Source of the DNA: Raillietiella orientalis | Taxonomy: Eukaryota | Direction of reading: 5' to 3' | Assembly (NCBI GenBank): GCA_036172245.1 | Contig: JAYWIR010000032.1 | Span: 62,001 to 126,000 of the forward strand | DNA length: 64,000 bases | Notes under the pieces: model-generated | The model's input: the letters and a program-made list of their open reading frames with translations, nothing else | Databases searched by the model: none | What the model was told of the DNA's origin: nothing | Shown here: one piece after another, positions 51,186 through 62,400 of the stretch | Layout: every line of letters starts with the position of its first letter | Numbering within the stretch: the stretch's first letter is position 1 | Position numbers and translations under genes: made by a program

Positions 51186-54100
51186 TTTTAACATACGCCT
51201 GAAACCACATGGGCCGAATTACGCGCGGGACCTGGTCAACGAGGTGTGCACGGCGGTGCACAGTTGTAATTTGTTGGCCAGTGTACCAGGGATGGAGGAC
51301 AACATCGATCACGTTTTCCTTGACGAGCACCTGTGCACTCGTGTGAGCACGCGCTGCAAGTTTCCGTGCGAGTTGTCCGACCATTGACCAATCGTGGTTG
51401 AAATCCATCGGCGCGACAGATGCCCCCCCTCGTCAGCGTTGCGTTTGACAGGGGACTGGCTGAAGCTCCCGGACGCGGCGGAACATCTCACCACGTATGT
51501 ACGGAGCTTCAGGATGCAGACACTCCAGGATTGGAACCACTTCAAACGGTCGGTACAGGAGTTCTGCGACCAGTTCCCTCTGCATTGCCTACCTGCGGGA
51601 TTTGGGGACGGGATAAGTAACGAATCTGCAGGCTCGCCGTTACGCCAGGACTCCCGACATTCGCAGGCTAACGAAATACAAAGCGGTAGCCTAGAGGCAA
51701 TCCTGGAATTCGGGATCGCTCAGCTTGCTGGACGATCAGGGCCAGGAGCATTCGGCACCCGCTCAGATCCGCGGTCTGCTGCGGAGTTTTTACTCCTCCC
51801 TGTACGCTAGAACGCCTACCGAGCGGGATTTCTCACGACTCCTGCTTCTAAAAGTCGCTCTTGCGATCGGGGAAGAGGATAAAAAGTTCCTAGACGTGCC
51901 TTTTACGATGGGCGAGATCATCTGGGCCATCGGAATGCTCAAGAGGCGCAAGGCTCCAGGGGAGGACGGACTGTCCGCGAAGTTTCATCGAACTTTCACG
52001 ACTGAGCTAATCCTCCTGGTACATCAACTCACCTTGCTGATACGCGAGACAGGTGACGTTCCCGCCTCGTTTCGTTCGGCAAAGGTGCGGCTTATCCCTT
52101 GAGAGGAGATCTGAGGAGCATGAAGAACTGGCGTCCCATCACAATAGTGAATGAGGATGCCAAGTTGATAGCTAAGGTTTGGGCTGAGCGCTTAAGACGG
52201 GCTGCAAACGCCTTCATCAGCCCGGAACAGACGTATGCTGTTACGGGGCGAAGCATGGAGGCGAACCTGTTCCACGCTTCCACCTGGCTCAAGCTTCAAC
52301 ACAAAAGGGGCTCGATGCGCATTGGGAATTCCGGTGAGTCTGTCAGCCATGCGACGGATGGTCGGATGGGGCAGGGAGCACTTGAGGTCGCTGTTGACTT
52401 GCGTAAAGCATTCCACAGCGTCGACCAGAATCTTCTGCTGGAGCTTTTGGAACGCTTGGGTTTTGCGGCCTCATTATTGGTCTATCTGCTCTTTAGCTGG
52501 CGCGATTCGCCAATCAATCTTACTTTCACGGCGTGCCGGTGCGATGTGGGATACGTCAGGGAGCCAGTTTGAGCCCCTTGCTTTTCAGTACCTACTTTGA
52601 GTTGGTACTGAGAGCGTACAGGGAAACTCTGACGCACCTGCCGCACGAATGCGCCGGAACGCCGGCGGTTTCGGTTTATGCGGACGACCTTCTGCTACTG
52701 CTCCCTATGTCCAACCCGACTTCGGCGGTCGAGGAGTTCTTCGACCTGCTGCATCGGGGAACCGGACTTACGGTGAACAGGGCGAAGTCGTCCGTGATGC
52801 CAGTTGGTGCGGCTTGCACAGGGCAGCAGGACTGGGTCCGTTTTGGGATCCCCACGGTGGGGTACTTCAAGTACCTTGGTGTGCCGTTTGTGGACTACTT
52901 CCCTGCGGAAGCTTGGTCCGGTTGCCTTGAAAAAGTAGAGACGGCTATGGGCCCGTTCTGAGGCGGCAGGTTTTTCCTGCCTGAACGGACCATGGTTGGG
53001 CACATGTTCGCGGCTCCTCTCCTCCGTTCCCTTCTTTTTGTTTGCTTCCCCACAGAGAGGATAAAAAAGCGGACGAAGGACGTCCTCCGTATCGCCCTTT
53101 GGGGCAACGGGAGGACCCGAGTCCGCATAAAGAACTTGTGCGCTCCCCGTTGGGACGGTGGTCTCGGCCTCCTGACATTGGACCGGCTGGGGCTGCAGCT
53201 TTAGTTCCGGATTTTGACACTTGTGCCGGAGTTATGGTGCACCTGTTGGTTCGTCCCTGCACGTCTCCTACTTCAGCAAGACATTGGCAAGACGGGACTG
53301 ACTTGTTTTCTTGCACTTCTTCGCCGCGTCAACCGATGGGGACTGCAGCTACGGTGGGTGTCTGCTCTGGCAAGGAAAAATCAAGGATGGATCACCTGTC
53401 TCTTCGCGAACGGTAGTGCCTGGTTGCAGGAAAGCGTTCGCACGTGGAAACAGTTCGGCATGCAACGCTCTCAACAGAAACAAAGGTTCCTGTTTGGGGG
53501 TTACAGAAGTTGCACGCTTCGTGAGATCCTGGAGGATCCTAAGAAGAGAGCGTTGTAAGGAAGAACCCCTTCTCGCTGCTGCGCTGGACTCCCTAATGGA
53601 ACATCAGGACAGCGATGTTGCGGCGAAGTGGAAGTTTACAATAAAAATTTCCGGGAAGGAGAAGAAGCAGAGAGAGTGGAAGACGGGCCAGCTAACAGAT
53701 GCTGCGACCCCGAGTACGCCTCCGAATGGACTTCTTCGCTGGGGAGCGCTGCCTGATGTTCCGATTCAACATCTGAAGTGGCCCCCGGTTCTTATGAACA
53801 CTTCCACCCTTTCATTAAAATGGGAGAAGTCGGCATTCCTGTTGCAGCACTGGGGACTCCTTTGCAACGTCAGTCGACACCAATGGAGCTGGGGAGCGGT
53901 GGACCCCAATTGTGTAAGGTGCGGGGAACGGGAGTCCCTCCCCCACCTGCTATTGGATTGTGTTGCCCTTCGGCCCCTTTGGTTCCGCTTTGCCGCGGCC
54001 ATCGGTATCTCTTGCGGCAATCCCAGGGATGCACTAAAAGCCTTCTTCGTTGCCGATGCCCTTCGGCCAGCGTCCTTGTTACCAGCCTTGTGCTGCCTTC

Positions 54101-54490
54101 GTAGGATCGTCGCCGCATGGAGCACTGCAACGGGAGGACCAAGCGATCAGGTTGCCATCCAGTGCGCCTCTCGATTCCTGAGGAGGGCGTCGCGGTGGCC
54201 TTACCTGGATGTTCACATCAAGCAAGAGCTTGCCTGCATCCTAAGGGGGATGCTGCGGCCCCAGCAGCATCAGTGATCCCTTCCCGTTTCCTCCCACCCT
54301 TTGTTTCTTTTTGTTCATGTTTTTGTTTTTCCGCTTTCCCCTGCTGCCGTTGGACCGTACCGGTCTAGGAACCGGTGCATTCACAGGCTCCGTGGTTCTT
54401 CGCTTGTGGCTGGTGCATTGCTGCAGCCATTAATAATTTCATTATAAAGTTTATTTCCCAATAAACGACCCAGAGAAAAAAGGGTGAAAA
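51186..54490 (+). mobile_element. Family A copy 4: ORF2 from the endonuclease GDFN motif to the 3' end
   Basis: Starts (F)N.RLKP, homologous to A1 GDFNVRLKP; GIRQGASLSPLLF, YADD, CVRCGERESLPHLLLDC; A-type 3'UTR with AATAAA at 54460-54465. Confidence 0.93.
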
Positions 54491-54535
54491 TCGAAAGCTT
54501 TACGCCTTTGAATTTCGTAGTCGAATGCTTTATGC
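54491..54535 (+). other. Two 15-nt KAFD-antisense sites separated by 15 nt
   Basis: tcgaaagctttacgc ctttgaatttcgtag tcgaatgctttatgc; the minus strand reads HKAFDYEIQRRKAFD. Confidence 0.85.
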
Positions 54536-54692
54536 GCTCCAGAGCGGACGTGTTTTCTCGGTGCTGCTTTTGCCGGGAAGTCTCCATAAGTGCTAGGGTC
54601 GCGTGGTTCGTTGGTCGTTGAGGCTGTGATGCCTGAGACGACCACCTGAGAAGGCCAGAGGGCAGCGGCACGCGGCCATCAGAGGCGATTGC
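54536..54692 (+). mobile_element. Family A copy 5, 5' stub (5'UTR and start of ORF1)
   Basis: gctccagagcggacgtgttttctcggtgct... gatgcctgagacgaccacc, homologous to the A1 5' end. Confidence 0.88.
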
Positions 54693-56215
54693 CACCCGGG
54701 TACGCTTGGGGCGTTATTTGCAAAACTCTACAAGCGTGGTACAAGGCCCCACCAAGGCCATAGTCACTGGACCTGCCTGAACACCGGGACGTAGCCCGGC
54801 GTGGCACACCCCGGAAGCGAAAGGGGATGGGGAAAAACAAAAAGAAAAGTAAAAGAAATAGACAAACAAAAAGAATTTGGAGGGCAGGGAAAGGATCACC
54901 GAACGCTGTGAGGAGGGCTCATCCTTCGAAGGAAGTTCTGTAGGTTCTTCTGCATTTATTCCATATGGGGCCATCCTGTGGCTCTCTTTAGGAAGCGAAG
55001 AGTAAATGGGATGGCGTCCCTCTCGTGTTGGTCCATATCTTCGTTGCCGGCTTCGCTCCACAGCGTTACGAGTACTCGGAGGCAACACGGGGATGCGAGG
55101 ACTGCGGCTGACTGCAGGTAGGCCGGCACGAAGAGGAGCCGGAGAACGTCTCTGAAGGTACTGCCTGTGGGGAGCCCGAGGTTCGTTCCAAAGCGTTCCC
55201 ATAGGGGTCGGAGGGCAGCACAATCCAGAACAAGGTGGAGGAGCGATTGCCGCTACCCGCACCTGGCACACGCAGGATCCACAGCTCCCCTTGTCCAGTG
55301 GAAGCGGCGCGAGTTGAGGGGTAGACCTCAGTGCAACAGAAGCAACGCCAAATCTTGCCACTTAAGGGGCTAGATCATGAATTCTCTCAAGACTGAGGGC
55401 CACTTCAGCTCATCCCTGGGGATGGCGAGCAGATCGACCCATTTCAATATTCCACGCGGCTCGACGCTCGGGGTCGTGGCATCCGTCAGTTCACCCATGG
55501 TCCAGCCGCTCATATTCTTCTCCATTCCCGCGATGCAGCAGGAGACTTGCCACCTAGGCGTCGGGATGCTGTGAAAGGCCCTCCTCAGGAAAAGCAGGGC
55601 CATAGCAAGGCAGGTCGTCTCTGCCCACGTGCTTCTTGCTGGACTCTCCAGGAGATTCCGCAGCGTGCAGCGGGCGCAGGGGCTGCACCGGAGAAGCCAC
55701 GAAACGATTCCACGTTTCGTGGCTTCTCCGGTTTACGACTGCTCGCGTTCCGATTTTCTATTCCTGCCAGGCGGGGAAGTTGGAGGGGCAGCAAACAATC
55801 CAGCTGTTCTCCTTTGCCAGGGTTGCCATGCGCTCAAGCAGGAGCCCGCATTTTCTTATCTTCGGGCCTGGGCACAGAAGAAACGAAGCGAGTCCCTCGC
55901 ACCGGGACACACGGCTGGCAAGGAGGCGGGCCGGAATGCACCAACGGGTGATCCACATCTTCGTTGCGATGGCGCCGGTTTGCCATGGCAGCTGTTTATC
56001 CACGCGCTTCAGCGTCAGAAGGCTAAGCTCGCCGTCCCTACGCAGAGCGCACAAGTCCATCAAAGGGACTCGGGGCCTCCCCTTTCTCCAAAGGGCAATG
56101 CAAAGGATGTCCTTTGTCCGCTTTTTGTTTCAACAGTGAGGGGGCAAACAACAAGCAAGAAGCGGACGATGGGGGCCGCGGAAGCGTTCCAAAACGCGGC
56201 CCGTTCCGGCAATTG
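54693..56215 (-). mobile_element. A-related element (E): ORF2 C-terminal part and 3'UTR
   Basis: RRDGELSLLTLKR, TDATTPSVEPRGILKW, GAVDPACARCG zinc finger, T-rich 3'UTR with the hexaloop hairpin. Confidence 0.88.
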
Positions 56216-56280
56216 AATCTTGCCTTCCTGGAACTACACCACTAAACACGAGCGAGTCAGGAGCGCTTAAAGAACACATC

Positions 56281-56480
56281 CGACCGTTGGGACTGCTGGT
56301 GTTGCACTGGGGACTCCCGTGTAACGCCCGTCGGAATCTTTGGGACACTGGGAGTGGTCGACCTCATTTGCAACAAGTGCGGGAGCGTAAGTCCTCTCTC
56401 ACCTATTAATGGATTGTGTGCCTTTCTGGATGCTTTGGAACCGTTTTGCCGCAGCCTTGGTATTCGTTTTTACAGAATTT
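56281..56480 (+). mobile_element. Small ORF2 zinc-finger fragment
   Basis: LLVLHWGLPCNARR...CNKC...HLLMDCV, homologous to A ORF2. Confidence 0.75.
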
Positions 56481-56599
56481 CCATGCCGGTTTGTTAGTCT
56501 GCTCCTTCTTTTGTGACAGTGGTCATCAAAGTATACGGCGCAGTAAGAGCAATGCTTTGCGCTCAACTGCGATGGTGCCTACTTTCTTTCGCGGGAGCC

Positions 56600-57400
56600 A
56601 CTGTTATGTGGTGCTTTGCTGAGCTCCATCTCGGTAGCGAAGTTGTGGTTTAGCAGCCTTCGTTGTCTAAACGAGCCTTTTAAGCGACCTTCCTGCCGCG
56701 CGAGACTTCGAGAGGAGAAGGCTGCTCCTTTTTTGCGTGTCGCGTTGCATTTTGAGAGGACTTCTGCCGCAGTTTTTCGTTCGTTTTCTTCATGACTTTT
56801 ACTGCAACCCACTTTTTCGGAGCGGCAAAGATATGTCTATTTCTGTTTCCTGGCAAATTCAGGACACTGTCCTAAATTGTACTAGGACTCCTTGAAATGG
56901 CGGTATTTTCCTGAGGCGCATTTTTGAGACGGAAATCCTCCTCGCCGCAAAACACGCACACGCGAAGCTTGCATACGATACACAGGAGAACGAACTGTGC
57001 TGTACAGATGAACCACCTGAACTGCGTATTCCATCCGGAGCCACGTAGACAGATGACGGCAATCCATCTGTTTTGCTGAGGACAGACAAGAAAATCAGTA
57101 GAATGCACGACATAATCAAAAAAGTGTGTATCGTGACAAATTGGTAGATCCGTTGACAGGAATTTCAGTCTCAATTTGCAAATGTCCACCAGCAATTTCC
57201 ATCCATCGCGTCTGAGAAGATTTTCTAGCCACGAATGGGCAATGGGGAACAAAACCGGGGCTGCACAAGTGCAAAGCATCTTTCCGTAACCACTGCCCAT
57301 TACGGTCATGATGGCAAGGTCTTTCTCTTGCACGCCAATGCAGTTCAGTTCCTTGAACGACAGATTCTCGTCGCAATCCCCAGACATGTTTCTAGTGAAT
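56600..57400 (-). mobile_element. Degraded ORF1 fragment of an A-related element
   Basis: FKELNCIGVQEKDLAIMTVMGSGYGKMLC resembles A ORF1 SKGMRALDVKEKELSAMTIRSGSQYVEVIC; left boundary uncertain. Confidence 0.5.
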
Positions 57401-59077
57401 TAGTGGTGCTCTTTGATTCTTAATTACCAATGACGACTGTTATGCATGGAAAAGAAAAGAGCAAACTGACAAAATGCATTGCAAGTACATAAAATGAGAA
57501 AGATGATGTTGATTTTGGAAAATGTCTTACATTGAGGAATGTGCTACTAGACTAATTTGTCAAGTCCATATGGATCCTATGATAAATGCAAAGGAATAGG
57601 ATACAGTTTTTTTTTCAAAAGGTGATCACAGTTCTAATAGATGAAAGTATGAACGGCACTATTTAAGAAATTACAAAGACCAATGTAAGACACGTACCAC
57701 CAATAGGAAATGAGCTGATCGGCTCCTCGTCCTTTTGGCTGAGATCAGTACATGCTATTTTTAACCAGGAACAAATTTCAAAAATGCACCTTTCCTATCA
57801 TTATCAAAATGACTGCGTAATATTTAATTTCAACTTTGGTTGAGATCCAACTGCCCATGTACGATGAAATTCACGAAGTCTCCTAGAGTAATGAATACAT
57901 GATTCTCTAAGGGAAGGATTTCCTTGATGAATTTTCACTTTTATTCACTGAGAAAGCCGATAGATCCAGTGATGAAGAACAAAGAACATTCCAGTAAAGC
58001 TTATCAAAAAAACAAAATTCCATGTGCTTTAAATGAATGTGATTTTAAACTATCTTTCATCACGGAACTAGGATCTGCTTCTAGAGAAGCTTTTGCAAAT
58101 TTCATTTAATGATATGAATTCTTCGTTCAAACTTTATTCAGAAACGAAAACTTGAGAATCTGAAGCCAAACAATTCATAAAATGCAAACATTGGTATTTT
58201 TAAAGCTGCTAAGGGAAATTGGTTTCTAAAAAATGCTGTGTGTTGGAAGATCCTTACACCATAAAGAATGTTCTATAATTTGCAATGAATGCTCAGATGG
58301 ACAAACAATTTCTATGAGCAGCAAATAAGAAACATTGAAATGATTTCTTGTGTGCATCTCTTGGAGAAAAGTAACGAACTCCCCTCCTTGTATTCTCAGA
58401 AGAACACGCTGCAGCAGAAGGCAGACTGGTTTGAGTTTACCGCCATTCCTGTATGTATAGAGTCCTTCCATGTACCCACAAGTTTTCAGTAAACTGCAAT
58501 TTGCTGAGCTTTAATTTGCGAAATAAACAGCACAAGAGAACTAGGAAAGTTTATTCTCAGCAATTCAGATTCTGCCATAACCTTCCCAATCATATGCTTT
58601 TTATGTCAACGAAAACTGATGGTTGTCGAACAGGGTCGCAGTGCAAAGTGCAAGGCACTGATCCAACATTCTCTCCTGGGAAGAGCCTAAAATGTACACA
58701 GAAGGTAAACAAGAAAATGGGTGCAAAAAAAATCCACGAAAAGATAAGCAACGAAAAATCAGAGCCTACATCTTCGAGGTAGATATTACGCTATGTTGTT
58801 TCACATTTAGAAAAAGCTGGGAAGAGAATCCACAACACAATTGCAGACGGTGTTGGCACATCGTCTCTAGACAAAACAAACTAGCCGAAGGATTGAAAAA
58901 CCTACACTTTTTCAAATTCTTCAAAACTCATTCATGCAAAAGCATCCATTCATCATATTTCGCATTTCAACAAAACACTCCCAGAATTTCAAGAAAACAA
59001 AATCCCTTCCCACAAAGAATACCTACGTTTGGCATCCAAACACTCATCACTAAAAACCACACGAGAGAAAGACATAC

Positions 59078-59429
59078 CACTGCGTGCTAGACGGATAACG
59101 GAGATAGCAAGTATTCGGCGATCCATGGAGATAGAAAATGACGTTCTCACTTGTAAGGGGACCCGTTACCTAAAATACATTCAACATTTGATGACATGGA
59201 GTACTGTACTCACGAAAATTCCAATCTCACACGCAACACCCAGAGGACCCTCGCAACCATAAGACATTTGGCAATGTCCAGTCGTCTTGTCGAAGAACAA
59301 ATCACAAGGTCCTTGAAACTGTCGAAAATCAAGTGAATCGGTTAATGATCTTTCTAACGTCGAAGAGAAGTTGCCTGCAGGATCCTCTGCAAAAGTTGTA
59401 GCAGAAAGGACAACCACGAAAGCAGTAAT
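59078..59429 (-). CDS. Two probable exons (59429-59214, 59169-59078) of a host alpha/beta-hydrolase-like, possibly secreted protein; partial gene
   Basis: Acceptor tttttctag, 216-nt open exon starting with hydrophobic ITAFVVVLSATTFA, 44-nt GTGAGT...TTTTAG intron, in-frame exon VTGPLTSENVIFYLHGSPNT (beta-strand plus HGxP oxyanion-type motif), donor GTATGT. Other exons not found. Confidence 0.45.
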
Positions 59430-62400
59430 CTAGAAAAACCAATATTTAAAAGGACAAACCCAGCCAAGATCAGAAAAAAGTAATGAAATAATAACAAAAG
59501 GAAACAACAGACTTCGAAAAAAAAAAACAAGACTGTTTCCAGACACAGAAAACCTGAATTTCAAGAGCAAGTCTTCCATCTCATTCCTCATCAAGTTCAA
59601 CGGGTGCGAAGCAGCAAACAATAATCCAAAGAAACCAAAAGAAAACAAGATGCAACCAGGAGAGCAGAGGAAAGAAAAAGAGCGACCAACCTTTCATAAC
59701 AAAGAAACAAATCGAGAAAAGAAGTAACAAACAACAAGATGACACACATGTTGCGAATTCTCGAAGCAGAAATTAAGAAACCTGCAATGCAAAGGAAGAA
59801 ACCAATCAGGGGAAAACTTCGAAATACCAAGGAGTCATTGACGTAAGAAAACAAGCAGATGCTACATCACTCAGAAACCCTTCAATTGAATCTCCCAAAA
59901 AATCGTACCACAACGCGCTGTTTACCCTTAAATCAAGGATTCAGTAGACAATATCCACAAATCGTCCAGCATGAAAAACAAAAACTCAAATCCTACAAAA
60001 ACCATGCATTGAAAAACCAACTACTGCTTACGATGTTGAATAGGAGTGACAGCATCTTTTCTCTCGAAATATCAGCCAAAACAGGCACGGAATTCAGCAG
60101 CGGATTGAGAGAAAAACAACGCATCGCTGGCTTATATACAGATTCACTCGTGGTTTCCAACAGCACATAAGATTTCCTCCTCCCTCCTCCCCCTTCGCTG
60201 TTCTCACAACAAGTGCTGCCATCTCTCTCCTCATTCTGCGGAAAAGAACGGATAATTTACTTTCCCACATCGGAGGACGTTCTCGGCAACAACAGTATCC
60301 TCCCATTAACATTCGTGAGAACTTTCACCCAAAACAAAGTCAACGGAATGCCCTCGAAGTGTGAAAGGAACCTCAACGAGTTTGCAACAAGACATGCGAC
60401 ATAAGAGAACGGAGAGCTGCCTGCAGGTGGCGACCCATGACAGCTTCCAAGTCAGGATGGGAGAAAACATTGAACAAGATAGGCGACGTCCATAAGTACA
60501 TTGCGACGGGAGACAAGTAGCAGCAGGCGTGAAATTAATTTTCCGACACCAAAGGTTAAGAAAGGGGTTCCCCTTAACAAGAGGAGATCCCGCTAGAGCA
60601 TGTCGAATAGGGGCAGATTCTAGAATAACGTGTGCAAGCGCAACCAGGCAGGAGTATATCACCTGTACCGTCGCAGCGAACGCACCACTTTCAAAAGCAG
60701 GCAACTGCGAACAGGGAAGAGACTATTGTGGGGCGAAGAAATGGGCAAGGAAACCATGTGCGAAGGAACAAAGGCTGGAAGTGAAATTTGCTTTCGCAAG
60801 CTCACACCACTCCTTGCATGGGGAAGCTACTTTTACATTCGGCACGTACGGAAAAGTTCAGGGGTTCTATGCGTGGGCCACTAACCTCCAGTAAAACAAT
60901 GAAAATGAGATATCTGCATAGAAAACTGGAATCCACCGCTGACCGCATTTTCATTTCAAACTTCGGAAAGGAATACGAAAGAAAATCTTTTAAAAGCTAT
61001 CGTACACAATAATGCGTATTTTATTAGAGGATGTTTTCGTTATTCTGTGATGACAGTATCAAGCTCTTCTCGACTTCTCTAAGGAACAGTTTGCTCCAAA
61101 CAAGGTGCCGGAAGAGGTTCATGCATGGATATTGAAGCATTGATGCACAAACACAGAAGAAATAAAATCTGATGGAAAACGTGCTGAAATCATCACGGGT
61201 GGCGAAGAAATTGCAGCTTGTCCGCTGCTGTCCTTCTTATCCCCTCAATGATGCTGTCAAATTCGTGCTAGCTGCGTACTATGCGCGCGCATCTCACCGC
61301 GGTTGTTTTGATCATATATCCTTCGACAATTCGAAGGACATGGCCACTTTATATTTCCTACTTCTTCCTTCAGTGCTCCTAGCGGTCACGGTTTCGCAAA
61401 CAGAGCAGAATACTGAGATCGCTCAGGCATCAACATTTGTTCTCTCGCACAGAGTAATAAAACGCCCTTTGGAGGCCTTTCGGAAGTTCTGGAACGTAGT
61501 GAAACGTTCACGCTCACGCCGGTAAGGAGCAAACTCAATAAGCAGCAGTGCCAAGTTTCCAGTTTGCCTCCCCTTTTCCATTCTGGTGCCAGACCATTTC
61601 TCATCAACTGATAAGATTCGCTTTGCATGAGCAGACTGAGTGCAACAGTCGCGAAGCAGTGTTAGCTTCGCAGAAGAAGCATCGATTCGTCGCTAAACGG
61701 CATGGAAATCTTCGCTGCTTGCGACGAGATCTCGATTGATCCGCTCGACGCTGAATTCTTTTAACATGAAAGCAAAGCAAGGTGAATGTTTTAGCTCTGA
61801 ACGCACCTGGCAGTATTTGAACATCAGCATGTTTAATGCAACCTAGCAGTGTATCTTCTATGCTGCAGTGTGCAAGGTGTCGGGGTTCCTACGTAGCCAT
61901 GATAGAGGTACACCAACAACACTTGTCTGTGCTCAAGCAGTGTTCTTGGGGGTACCATTTGATCCTTCAGTAAGCAACCAGATCTGAATTTCCATTTTTC
62001 ACCTCCTTTGCGTGCAGAGCATTTAAGCGTCATCTTGAACAGAGGTCATCGTCTACGGATGCTGGTTGCCAAATAGCGGTCACCAGCTTTAACACATTGA
62101 AAGAACCATAGTTAATTAGTCACCGCAGCATGAAAAACAGATGATTACGAGCAATGAGTAAGCACTACGAAGAATGCTGTTCCCAAGTATCAAAAAACAG
62201 CTTCAGCAGTATTGAGCGCTCACAATTTGGACTCACTTTGACAATGGAGAGTTGCGCTGCACTTTCAAATTGCTATTTGTCAAAATTCTATCCGGTATGA
62301 GAACGGAAAAACCCAGTCCACGTGAATCCAACACGGGAAGCACGACGGAAGCATGTGTGAGAAAAGTGCAAAATACATTTGCAAGAACCACTGCTGGTGT

